DNA from: Antedon mediterranea
Taxonomy: Eukaryota > Animalia > Echinodermata
Length of the DNA stretch: 64,000 nt
Direction: 5' to 3'
NCBI RefSeq assembly: GCF_964355755.1
Contig: NC_092670.1
Span: 28,384,388-28,448,387 of the forward strand
The translations under genes were made by a program, and so were the position numbers. The notes beneath the pieces are model-generated. The model worked only from the letters and a program-made list of their open reading frames with translations, ran no database searches and was not told the DNA's origin. Below, piece after piece: positions 15,501 to 26,281 of the stretch (position 1 is its first letter; every line of letters starts with the position of its first letter).

Positions 15501-18500
15501 TAAGAACTTTGATGTTTTTATGTTAACAACTTTTTTAGAAAATCACAAAATGGTCTAAAACGTCTCCAAATGCGATTTGAAGCAATTCTAAGCACTTTGG
15601 TGTTTTTATGTTAAAAAGTTTTTTCGAAAATCACAAAATGGTCTAAAACGTCTCCAAATGCGATTTGAAGCTATTCTAAGCACTTTGGTGTTTTTATGTT
15701 AACAAGTTTTTTCGAAAATCACAAAATGGTCTAAAACGTCTCCAAATGCGATTTGAAGCTATTCTAAGCACTTTGGTGTTTTTATGTTAACAAGTTTTTT
15801 CGAAAATCACAAAATGGTATAAAACGTTTCCAAATGCGATTTTAAGCTATTCTAAGCAATTTGGTGTTTTTATGTTAACAAGTTTTTTCGAAAATCACAA
15901 AATGGTCGAAAATGTCACAAAATGCGATTTGAAGCTATTCTAAGCACTTTGGTGTTTTTATGTTAACAAGTTTTTTTGAAAATCACAAAATGGTCTAAAA
16001 TGTCTCAAAATGCGATTTGAAGCTATTCTGTACACTTTGCTGTTTTGTGTGAATAATTTTTTTCGAAAATCACAAAATGGTGTTAAACGTCTCCAAATGT
16101 GATTTGAAGCTATTCTAAGCACTTTGGTGTTTTTATGTTAACAAGTTTTTTCGAAAATCACAAAATGGTGTAAAACGTTTCCAAATGCGATTTTAAGCTA
16201 TTCCAAGCAATTTGGTGTTTTTATGTTAACAAGTTTTTTCGAAAATCACAAAATGGTCTAAAACGTCTCCAAATGCGATTTGAAGCTATTCTAAGCACTT
16301 TTGTGTTTTTATGTTAACAAGTTTTTTTCGAAAATCACACAATGGTATAAAACGTCTCCAAATGCGATTTTAAGCTATTCTAAGCAATTTGGTGTTTTTA
16401 TGTTAACAAGTTTTTTCGAAAATCACAAAATGGTCGAAAATGTCACAAAATGCGATTTTAAGCTATTCTAAGCACTTTGTTGTTTTTATGTTAACAAGTT
16501 TTTTCGAAAATCACAAAATGGTCTAAAACGTCTCCAAATGCGATTTGAAGCTATTCTGTACACTTTGCTGTTTTGTGTGAATAATTTTTGTCGAAATGCT
16601 CAAAATGGTCAAAAACGTTTTTAAATACGATATTAAGCTATTTTGTGCTCTTTGATGTTTTTGTGTGAAAAGTTTTATCGAAATGCTCAAAATGGTCTAA
16701 AACGGTTTCTAATGTGATTTTAAGCACTTTGGTGTTTTTATGTTAACAAGTTTTTTCGAAAATCACAAAATGGTCTAAAACGTCTCCAAATGTGATTTGA
16801 AGCTATTCTAAGCACTTTGGTGTTTTTATGTTAACAAGTTTTTTCGAAAATCACAAAATGGTGTAAAACGTCTTCAAATGCGATTTGAAGCTATTCTAAG
16901 CAATTATGTGTTTTTATGTGAACAAGTTTTTTCGAAAATCACAAAATGGTCTAAAACGTCTCCAAATGCGATTTGAAGCTATTCTAAGCACTTTTGTGTT
17001 TTTATGTTAACAAGTTTTTTCGAAAATCACAAAATGGTCTAAAATGTCTCCAAATGCGATTTGAAGCTTTTCTAAGCACTTTGGTGTTTTTATGTTTACA
17101 AGTTTTTTCGAAAATCACAAAATGTCTATAATGTCTCAAAATGCGATTTGAAGCTATTCTGTACACTTTGATGTTTTTATGTTAACAAGTTTTTCGAAAA
17201 TCACAAAATGGTCTAAAACGTCTCCAAATGCGATTTGAAGCTATTCTGTACACTTTGCTGTTTTGTGTGAATAATTTTTGTCAAATTGCTCAAAATGGTC
17301 AAAAACGTTTTTAAATACTATTTTGTGTTCTTTGATGTTTTTGTGTGAAAAGTTTTATCGAAATACTCAAAATGGTCTAAAACGGTTTCTAATGTGATTT
17401 TAAGAACTTTGATGTTTTTATGTTAACAACTTTTTTAGAAAATCACAAAATGGTCTAAAACGTCTCCAAATGCGATTTGAAGCAATTCTAAGCACTTTGG
17501 TGTTTTTATGTTAACAAGTTTTTTCGAAAATCACAAAATGGTCTAAAACGTCTCCAAATGCGATTTGAAGCTATTCTAAGCACTTTGGTGTTTTTATGTT
17601 AACAAGTTTTTTCGAAAATCACAAAATGGTCTAAAACGTCTCCAAATGCGATTTGAAGCTATTCTAAGCACTTTGGTGTTTTTATGTTAACAAGTTTTTT
17701 CGAAAATCACAAAATGGTATAAAACGTTTCCAAATGCGATTTTAAGCTATTCTAAGCAATTTGGTGTTTTTATGTTAACAAGTTTTTTCGAAAATCACAA
17801 AATGGTCGAAAATGTCACAAAATGCGATTTGAAGCTATTCTAAGCACTTTGGTGTTTTTATGTTAACAAGTTTTTTTGAAAATCACAAAATGGTCTAAAA
17901 TGTCTCAAAATGCGATTTGAAGCTATTCTGTACACTTTGCTGTTTTGTGTGAATAATTTTTTTCGAAAATCACAAAATGGTGTTAAACGTCTCCAAATGT
18001 GATTTGAAGCTATTCTAAGCACTTTGGTGTTTTTATGTTAACAAGTTTTTTCGAAAATCACAAAATGGTGTAAAACGTTTCCAAATGCGATTTTAAGCTA
18101 TTCCAAGCAATTTGGTGTTTTTATGTTAACAAGTTTTTTCGAAAATCACAAAATGGTCTAAAACGTCTCCAAATGCGATTTGAAGCTATTCTAAGCACTT
18201 TTGTGTTTTTATGTTAACAAGTTTTTTTCGAAAATCACACAATGGTATAAAACGTCTCCAAATGCGATTTTAAGCTATTCTAAGCAATTTGGTGTTTTTA
18301 TGTTAACAAGTTTTTTCGAAAATCACAAAATGGTCGAAAATGTCACAAAATGCGATTTTAAGCTATTCTAAGCACTTTGGTGTTTTTATTTTAACAAGTT
18401 TTTTCGAAAATCACAAAATGGTCTAAAACGTCTCCAAATGCGATTTGAAGCTATTCTGTACACTTTGCTGTTTTGTGTGAATAATTTTTGTCGAAATGCT

Positions 18501-19028
18501 CAAAATGGTCAAAAACGTTTTTAAATACGATATTAAGCTATTTTGTGCTCTTTGATGTTTTTGTGTGAAAAGTTTTATCGAAATGCTCAAAATGGTCTAA
18601 AACGGTTTCTAATGTGATTTTAAGCACTTTGGTGTTTTTATGTTAACAAGTTTTTTCGAAAATCACAAAATGGTCTAAAACGTCTCCAAATGTGATTTGA
18701 AGCTATTCTAAACACTTTGGTGTTTTTATGTTAACAAGTTTTTTCGAAAATCACAAATTGGTCTAAAACGTCTCCAAATGCGATTTGAAGCTATTTTAAG
18801 CACTTTGGTGTTTTTGTGTAACCAAGTTTTTTCGAAAATCACAAAAGGGTCTAAAATGTCTCAAAATGCGATTTGAAGCTATTCTGTACACTTTGATGTT
18901 TTTATGTTAACAAGTTTTTTCGAAAGTCACAAAATGGTCTAAAACGTCTCCAAATGCGATTTGAAGCTATTCTAAGCACTTTGGTGTTTTTATGTTAACA
19001 AGTTTTTTCGAAAATCACAAAATGGTGT
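518..19028 (+). repeat. 88-bp satellite tandem array, forward orientation
   Basis: Monomer CGAAAATCACAAAATGGTCTAAAACGTCTCCAAATGCGATTTGAAGCTATTCTAAGCACTTTGGTGTTTTTATGTTAACAAGTTTTTT (e.g. 943-1030). Interspersed with diverged ~87-bp and 78-bp variant monomers. Confidence 0.98.
12930..18710 (+). repeat. 1900-bp higher-order repeat, ~3 tandem copies, within the satellite
   Basis: Diagnostic variants recur every 1900 bp: AATGTCTATAATG at 13321/15221/17121 and CACACAATGG at ~14436/16336/18236. Boundaries approximate. Confidence 0.88.
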
Positions 19029-19461
19029 TGTAGCAGACCTACCACATAGCTTTTAAACAATTCAACATTTACTTTTAATTTGATTATTTATACATCCTCT
19101 ATATATCTCTTTACCTCACATTGACAGGTTACCTTCCTGTTACCTTCACTTTTCTAGCTAATGGATTTTAAGAATGTTAATGACTCTAACAGAAAACCAC
19201 ATTAATTCTCTTAATCCTAATTGGTCAGATGAGATGGGCCAAGCCCAATATTACCATGCACTGACCACATTATTAACACACTCTTTTCTCAACCAGCATC
19301 TTAGCTACACCGTTTATTGCTCTGTCTTATCAAATATTGTATATTGTATATTTTATCTATTTATTGAGAATCCTCACTTGATTCACTTGGAATAAATTGC
19401 ATAGTTTACTGTATACATTTAGTAGTTGTTTTGTTTTACCGTTGCGCCGACAATTACTAAA
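19029..19461 (+). repeat. 5' LTR of element A
   Basis: Starts TGTAG, ends ACTAAA; AATAAA at ~19390; direct repeat of 25501-25938. Confidence 0.95.
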
Positions 19462-19462
19462 G

Positions 19463-19475
19463 TGGTGACCCCGAC
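19463..19475 (+). promoter_or_regulatory. Primer-binding site complementary to tRNA-Trp(CCA)
   Basis: TGGTGACCCCGAC is the reverse complement of the eukaryotic tRNA-Trp 3' end GTCGGGGTCACCA; 1 nt downstream of the LTR. Confidence 0.88.
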
Positions 19476-19587
19476 TAAGGAAGCATGGAACTAAAGTGGT
19501 GACACCCGACTAAAGAAGCATGGAACTGAGAGTGTCATTCATCCATACTAAAGTGGTGTCCCTCGACTTTCTTATACCGTCGTTTAA

Positions 19588-19962
19588 ATGGAAGGACAAC
19601 AGCAACAACGACAGCTACCGCAACCTCCAGCACAACCCCAGCACCAGGAACAACCTGTGGTGCCCGCTTCTGACGCAGCAACCGTCAACAGGCCAATTTC
19701 TTCTCTAGCATTGAAACTGCTTCCATACTGGCCCAATGATACGATATTGTGGTTCACCCAAGTCGAAGCACAGTTCACAATGCGTGGGATCACAGCAGAT
19801 GCTACTAAATATGCTTACTTAGTAGAATCATCGCAACCTGAAATTGCGCAGGGAGTTCGGGATCTATTTCTCACCCCGCCTACTGATAACAGGTATGTGA
19901 ACTTCAAAGATACTTTAATACGTCGGACAACTGCTTCCGACCAACAGCGCCTCCGCCAACTC
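19588..19962 (+). pseudogene. gag: gag N-terminal part (Gypsy), truncated by an internal deletion
   Basis: LKLLPYWPNDTILWFTQVEAQF...TKYAYLV...RRTTASDQQRLRQL matches the LKLPPFWP..WF.QVEAQF gag motif of metazoan Gypsy elements; runs into pol sequence at ~19960. Confidence 0.85.
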
Positions 19963-20257
19963 TTCTCACCCATCCGCAGCCAGATGCACCTTTAAGTATC
20001 ATGGTTTCGGATGTGGCCATAGGGGGTATACTACAACAAACGCATTGACAACAATTGTCAACCTATTTCATTTTTCTCACAGAAGTTGAAACCAGCGCAG
20101 ACGCGATACAGCACATTTGGTCGTGAACTTTTGGCGGCATACCTTTCAGTTAAACATTTTCGTCATTCACTTGAAGGACGCTTATTTCATATTTTTACTG
20201 ACCATAAGCCACTTATGTATGCTTTACTCGCCAAACCAAATCGTCACTCGCCACGCG
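19959..20257 (+). pseudogene. pol: pol fragment: RT connection / RNase H
   Basis: TLLTHPQPDAPLSIMV-SDVAIGGILQQ...QPISFFSQKLKPAQTRYSTFGRELLAAYLSVKHFRHSLEGRLFHIFTDHKPL. The catalytic DAS motif has lost DA. Interrupted at SPR|EIR by the nested transposon. Confidence 0.9.
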
Positions 20258-20788
20258 CACAGCTGTTCCAGAAATATGAATTAAGTGCAGCGCCCCCAAC
20301 GTTTCATAGCGTTTTATGGAGTAGCGATTCCGAAAACATATTGTATACAAACCACATGAGGAACCCGGAAGCAATCAAGCATAAAACGACTGTTTTTTAA
20401 TAGCCAATAAAAACAAATAAAGACCGCGAAAGTCAGAAAAATAATGAATATTCATTAGAACAACCCTGGATGAAGGTGAAAAACATGTTGTCGTTGTTTT
20501 ATCACGTGGATTTTAAGAGGTAATGTAATTGAAAATTGTACACCCAACGCCAGTTTTTTTCTCAAGTGATACATTTAAAAAGTAGGTATAAATGTTGTTT
20601 TCCATATCAGTTTAAAAATAATTTTTTCTGTTGAATTCTTTGATTTAGTTGGATACTTTAGTTATCCTTGAATGTTTTAACAAGGATCGTATTCATATTG
20701 CCTGGCTGGATTTTTTCCTACGCTAGCTTATAATAGGCTATGCCCAGGCCCCATTGCGTGGTTAAAACCAGCTGTGTAAGACTAATGG

Positions 20789-21710
20789 CTGTTTATTTTT
20801 AACACGTAAACATGTATATTCGGGGGGCCTCAGTGACAGTTGACCTGTTATAAAGCTGATTAATTACTTGTTCCTGGTCCTAATTAAAAATTAGGCCTAG
20901 CCTAGGCCTAAAGCTTTTTTAATAATCATTCATATTGGGATAGAGGAGTACAGAGTAGGCCAGGCTACAGGCCTAGCTAGGCCTATATTATATATAGGCT
21001 AGGCTATCTCATCTCATCAGCAGGTTAAAGGCTAGCAGCCTACCTAGCATGTCTTAGTCAAAGATCTGTAATATATTAATAGAAAGAAGCTATATAGTAC
21101 TGTGACATTAGATATTTAATCATAAATGCATATTTCTTTCATATTTGTATTGTATATTTATTATTTTGATATGCAATGAATCACAATCTAAATCAGTAAA
21201 TAACATAAATTTTCGTTATCAATAAATAATTATTAATATATAAACCAAATTAAAATAAAATAACTGTTTATTTTTAACATGTAAACATGTCTATTCGGGG
21301 GGCCTAAATGACAGTTGACCTGTTATAAAGCTGATTAATTACTTGTTCCTGGTCCTAATTAAAAATTAGGCCTAGCCTAGGCCTAAGCTTTTTTAATAAT
21401 CATTCATATTGGGAGAGAGGAGTACAGAGTAGGCCAGGTTACATGCCTAGCTAGGCCTATACTATATATAGGCTAGGCTACATCATCAGCAGGTTAAAGG
21501 CTAGCAGCCTACCTAGCATGTCTTAGTCAAAGATCTGTAATATATTAATAGAAAGAAGCTATAGAGTACTGTGACATTAGATATTTAATTATAAATGCAT
21601 ATTTCTTTCATATTTGTATTGTATATGCAATCACAATCTAAATCAGTAAATAACATCAATTTCCGTTATCAATCAATAATATATATAAACCAAATTAAAA
21701 TAAAATAACT
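20789..21710. repeat. ~474-bp direct tandem duplication inside the DNA transposon, rich in TAGGCCTA palindromes
   Basis: CTGTTTATTTTTAACA..GTAAACATGT..ATTCGGGGGGCCT begins at ~20790 and ~21264; the copies are collinear with scattered SNPs and indels. Confidence 0.9.
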
Positions 21711-21865
21711 TCCAAAAAATTAAATTAAATTACAATTCATATACCATTTGTTAAATATTTACAAAATCATTGTTCTAGCAATAACACAAAAAAATACTAC
21801 CATTCATATGGTATACTGTACATATAATATGCAATACTATAACAATTAACTGAGAAATAGCAAAC

Positions 21866-23101
21866 TATTCCTCAACTTTTCTGCACTTAGTTACCGGCCT
21901 AGTTACTTCATGCTGGATCTCAGGTGAAATAAACGTCAGATGTGACTTCATGATTTCCCACAAAACTCTTTCCATGGTACTGCTGTCGAGGAATTTATTT
22001 TTTCTAAATACCTCGACCATTTTTGTACATAGAGTTCCAGTTTCAAATCTCTTGGTTCATAGTAGTTCGCTATATAAAATATATAAAAGAAATATGGCAT
22101 TCATTTTTATAGTATTGCATGTTTTAGACATAATTTTAAAGGTATATAATGTAGGACTGACCAAGTCTTTGACCTCTTGTTCTTTTAGATTTATTATGTG
22201 GCCAGTCTCTGCAATCTTACTATGCTGTTTTGTCACAAGTGACACTGAGAGTTCATTTCTTAAATGCTCAAGATTCTCTTCTAAAGACTGGATTTTATTC
22301 ATTGTACTTTGTAGCATGTCGATGTGCTGCAGCTTCTGATTTTCTCTTTCTCCTAGATGATCACCTGAGATTAAACAATATTGGTCAACCAAATAAATGT
22401 CAATCTGCATAAAAAATGAGCATCAACATTATTATATTTTCAAAATGTTAACAACTATTTCTTGTAGCAGATAATGATAATATATGGATAATTCATAGGA
22501 AAATAAGTTCCAGCCAAAGGTTTGCTTTATTATGCATAAAAATAGGATAAACAATTTTGAAATTCTATGCTCAAATGGACAATGTATATTTAAAGAGCAA
22601 CTTGACCAATTGAGTTATTATGTAATGTCAATGTAAAGTTGAAACAACATTTGAATTTACCAGTCAAGATGTCAGCATCCTGTCGCATGTTGAATATTAT
22701 AACATATTGACACCTGGAAAAATAGTTGATTGAGGAAATATTTAATAAAGAAAAGAGGTATATTTATAAATTACTGTAACAATTGTTTGTTTCGACAGTT
22801 ATTTTATACTAACATTGTTCTTTAATATGAAGTACAAACACACATTTCATTGTTTGGAGTGTGTATTAAACTTTCTAAAGAGGTGGTTATGATTATTTAC
22901 CTACCCTGTTTAATTCAATGTCTACCAGGTATGGCCTAACAACACTGTGCGATATTATTTTGCTTCTTTTTTTTTCACTGCCATGGTCTACAAAAAACTT
23001 GTAGTCATGATTGTAGGCCTTGAGATGTCTACAGGCTTGAGGAACATTGTTGGTTCTGATGTCATCTTGATTACAAAAACAATAGATGCAACTGTACTTT
23101 C
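21866..23101 (-). pseudogene. Spliced transposase relic (Chapaev/RAG1-core-like)
   Basis: AG/GT-bounded exon 23101-22905: GKYSCIYCFCNQDD...DYKFFVDHGSEKKRSKIISHSVVRPYLVDIELNR. Coiled-coil exon ~22364-22162. Then FETGTLCTKMVEVFRKNK(frameshift)IPRQQYHGKSFVGNH at ~22050-21950, fused to a basic C-terminus MKSHLTFISPEI...KCRKVEE*. Confidence 0.75.
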
Positions 23102-24025
23102 CTTTAAAAATAAATCAATTTTTTAATCTACAGTACTTCAGTTTTGTGTCCAAACAAATCCAAACAAGAGAGCTAATAGTCAAAATATTAAAACATTATT
23201 ATACAAATGTATTACTATTAAGGCCTAGCCTAGGCTGTGACTGTCACTCAGTCACACCAGCTAGCCTAAAAATGCACCAGGAAAGCAATAATTATTATTA
23301 TAAACACATGCCATTAATTTTTTGGTAACAGTTATAATGATTAAATTTAGGATTAGGGTAATTAAAGGTTTAACTATTACGAATTTTCTATGTTTCGGCC
23401 TAGCTTTATTCTAGGCCCACATTACCGTCACGGTCATCGCGGGCGTCAACGCACTTTCTAAGCCTATCGCCAAACCGTTTTCTCGCCGACAACAATAACA
23501 ATGTATAAAGGGGTTGCAAAATATGCGAGTTTTACTAAAAACTGAACCAGGCTATATTAACAAAACTAGTATTATTTTGTTTATATAATAATGATGGACT
23601 ATATTCTAGTTCGTTCTTTTTCTAAAAAAATTAATTATATCCACAAAAAAAGTAAAGAATACAATGATATTTTCTACTTACGATTGTTTACCATTTCTTT
23701 ACACAGTTTATCTTGACTTCCTGGTTTATGTGCTGGAGATTATTTCAGTAAATTGGACAATATCGTGGTTTATTTATTAATTTATAGTAAAGAAACAATA
23801 AAATATTTATTTTTTAATTGAACATACACTTTTTTTAATCATTTAGTTTTGTATAAAATGTTTTACTACATAAAAACTCACGATAGCGAAATTTAATTTG
23901 GCGTTCGCGAAATAATGGTTTGTAAACAAAAATTATATGTCCGCGCGACTCGGGAGAGCCTCGTCTGCTAACACTGAGGGCGCTTGACTTTTTCTGATAT
24001 CTTAACACTAGTTGAAACAGCTGTG

Positions 24026-25477
24026 CGCGAAATCCGTCATCTCGATTTCATATCTCAATTCACAACGGACATACGCCATGTGAGTGGAAAAGCTAATGCA
24101 GCAGCTGATGCATTGTCGCGAATCGAACTTAATACTTTCAGTCACAACACAACTAACATTGTTGATTTTAGTCTTATTGCTGCTGCACAAAAGAATGACG
24201 ATGAATTGCACAAGCTACTTGAATCACCGTCTTCACTACAATTTCAAAACTTTCCAATTCCAACTTCTGACTCTACAATTCTTTGTGATATTTCCAAAGG
24301 CAATCCACGTCCATATATCCCACAAGAATTCAGACGCATAATATTTGACACTCTACATTCGCTATCACATCCTGGTATACGAGCAACACAACGTTTAATT
24401 ACTGACCGTTTCGTATGGCCAGCAATCAATCATGATGTACGACGATGGTCTCAAACATGCATTCAATGTCAACGTTCCAAAGTACACCGGCACACCGTTT
24501 CGCCACTCTCTACTTTTTCTACACCTGACGCCCGTTTTGACCATGTACATATAGATATTGTTGGACCTCTCCCTCCGTCAAATGGTTTTTCTTATTTACT
24601 CACTTTTATCGATCGTTTTACTCGATGGCCCGAAGCCGTACCTATTCCGGATATCACAGCCGATACTGTCGCACACGCATTTGTCAATCGATGGATCGCT
24701 TCATTCGGAATACCTTCAACCATTACAACAGATCGAGGAAGACAATTTGAATCTGCATTATTTCATTCACTCGCCAACTTACTAGGAACTAAGCACATTC
24801 ATACAACTGCATACCATCCTATTGCGAACGGACTTGTAGAACGTTTTCATCGACATTTGAAGGGTTCTCTCAAAGCACATAATGATCACACTAAATGGAC
24901 AGAACATTTACCTATAGTACTTTTAGACATTCGTACAGCCCTTAAGGCTGATCTAGGTCATAGTGCTGCTGAACTTGTTTATGGCACTACTTTAAGATTA
25001 CCTGGACAATTCTTTAATTCAAACTCTGAACATTGTGATTATTCTAATTATATTGATAGATTGCGTGATAATATGAGTAAACTACGTCCCACACCTACCC
25101 GCACCAACTCTAACCGTAAATCCTATATCAATCAAGAAATATTTAATTGTACCCATGTTTTTGTGCGAAGGGACTCTGTTCGAAAACCCTTACAACGTCC
25201 ATATGATGGTCCATTTAAGGTATTAAGTCGAACAGACAAACACTTTGTTCTCGATCTAAATGGTCGACAGGACACAGTCAGTATTGATCGCCTAAAGGTA
25301 GCTCATTTGGATACTGATATATTTAAAAGCCAAGAGCAAACCCTCACTCCCAAGCTACAAGCATCACCCCTAGTCAAACCAACCAACCCGTCACCCATTT
25401 TGGCAACCCCTCCCCGTACTACTCGTTCTGGTAGACATGTTCATTTCCCTCAACGTTTTGTCTCGTTCTATCATTAA
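24026..25477 (+). CDS. pol: pol C-terminal part: end of RNase H plus complete integrase (open frame, separated from its 5' part)
   Basis: ORF 23984..25477: HHCC zinc finger (HSLSHPG...CIQC), D-D-E core ([22 protein letters not shown]) and GPY/F motif (YDGPFKV). The first 14 codons derive from the nested transposon end. Confidence 0.93.
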   Translation, partial: REIRHLDFISQFTTDIRHVSGKANAAADALSRIELNTFSHNTTNIVDFSLIAAAQKNDDELHKLLESPSSLQFQNFPIPTSDSTILCDISKGNPRPYIPQEFRRIIFDTLHSLSHPGIRATQRLITDRFVWPAINHDVRRWSQTCIQCQRSKVHRHTVSPLSTFSTPDARFDHVHIDIVGPLPPSNGFSYLLTFIDRFTRWPEAVPIPDITADTVAHAFVNRWIASFGIPSTITTDRGRQFESALFHSLANLLGTKHIHTTAYHPIANGLVERFHRHLKGSLKAHNDHTKWTEHLPIVLLDIRTALKADLGHSAAELVYGTTLRLPGQFFNSNSEHCDYSNYIDRLRDNMSKLRPTPTRTNSNRKSYINQEIFNCTHVFVRRDSVRKPLQRPYDGPFKVLSRTDKHFVLDLNGRQDTVSIDRLKVAHLDTDIFKSQEQTLTPKLQASPLVKPTNPSPILATPPRTTRSGRHVHFPQRFVSFYH

Positions 25478-25500
25478 TTCTTTCACTGGAAGGGGGCTCC

Positions 25501-25938
25501 TGTAGCAGACCTACCACATAGCTTTTAAACAATTCAACATTTACTTTTAATTTGATTATTTATACATCCTCTATATATCTCTTTATTTAACCTCACATTG
25601 ACAGGTTACCTTCCTGTTACCTTCACTTTTCTAGCTAATGGATTTTAAGAATGTTAATGACTCTAACAGAAAACCACATTAATTCTCTTAATCCTAATTG
25701 GTCAGATGAGATGGGCCAAGCCCAATATTACCATGCACTGACCACATTATTAACACACTCTTTTCTCAACCAGCATCTTAGCTACACCGTTTATTGCTCT
25801 GTCTTATCAAATATTGTATATTGTATATTTTATCTATTTATTGAGAATCCTCACTTGATTCACTTGGAATAAATTGCATAGTTTACTGTATACATTTAGT
25901 AGTTGTTTTGTTTTACCGTTGCGCCGACAATTACTAAA
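25501..25938 (+). repeat. 3' LTR of element A
   Basis: Direct repeat of 19029-19461, preceded by the PPT and followed by TSD GTGT. Confidence 0.95.
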
Positions 25939-26281
25939 GTGTAAAACGTCTCCAAATGCGATTTGAAGCTATTCTAAGCACTTTGGTGTTTTTATGTAAA
26001 CAAGTTTTTTCGAAAATCACAAAATGGTGTAAAACGTCTCCAAATGCGATTTGAAGCTATTCTAAGCAATTTGGTGTTTTTATGTTAACAATTTTTTTCG
26101 AAAATCACAAATTGGTCTAAAACGTCTCCAAATGCGATTTGAAGCTATTTTAAGCACTTTGGTGTTTTTGTGTTAACAACTTTTTTAGAAAATCACAAAA
26201 TGGTCTAAAACGTCTCCAAATGCGATTTGAAGCAATTCTAAGCACTTTGGTGTTTTTATGGTAACGAGTTTTTTTGAATAT
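25939..26281 (+). repeat. 88-bp satellite, ~4 monomers between elements A and B
   Basis: Same monomer as 518-19028. Confidence 0.95.

Larger units (their letters stand above)
20258..24025 (-). mobile_element. Nested cut-and-paste DNA transposon, Chapaev-like (RAG1/Transib-related transposase), defective
   Basis: Termini CACAGCTGTTCCA ... TGAAACAGCTGTG (12/13 inverted match); 4-bp TSD CGCG (20254-20257 / 24026-24029). Removing it restores pol [17 protein letters not shown] ends with a 4-bp TSD fit Chapaev. The TSD is palindromic, so the exact boundary has slight ambiguity. Confidence 0.88.
19029..25938 (+). mobile_element. Ty3/Gypsy LTR retrotransposon A (CsRn1/Kabuki-like), internally deleted, with a nested DNA transposon
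   Basis: LTRs 19029-19461 and 25501-25938, apparently identical except a 5-bp indel. 4-bp TSD GTGT (19025-19028 / 25939-25942). PBS TGGTGACCCCGAC; PPT GGAAGGGGG ~25488-25496; gag, RNase H and integrase remnants. Clade inferred from the Trp PBS, 4-bp TSD and gag motif. Confidence 0.95.

Noticed and set aside
19174-19395. Identical 73-aa ORFs at 19174 and 25651 (and LTR C ORFs at 44456/47407)
   Set aside because: They lie inside LTRs; their identity reflects LTR duplication only.
20289-20303. Inner end block as a CTCF site (GGGGGCGCT / GAGGGCGCT)
   Set aside because: Only the 3' half of the CTCF consensus matches and the CCAC/CCAG-AG part is missing; it cannot be supported without a motif scan.
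20765-20776. Internal AACCAGCTGTG resembling a right transposon end (possible 520-bp MITE)
   Set aside because: No CGCG TSD follows and the inner AGCGCCC block is absent; only 24025 restores the pol frame.
21950-23328. Plus-strand ORFs 21950-22339, 22230-22412 and 23086-23328
   Set aside because: Antisense shadows of the transposase exons, or AT-rich intron sequence.
23984-24025. N-terminus [14 protein letters not shown] of the 497-aa ORF as a real start
   Set aside because: It is a TTG start inside the nested transposon's end; the true pol frame resumes at 24026.
20258-24025. Calling the nested element a true ProtoRAG/RAGL or Transib
   Set aside because: The TSD is 4 bp rather than 5, no RAG2-like gene is visible, and the protein motifs fit Chapaev better.
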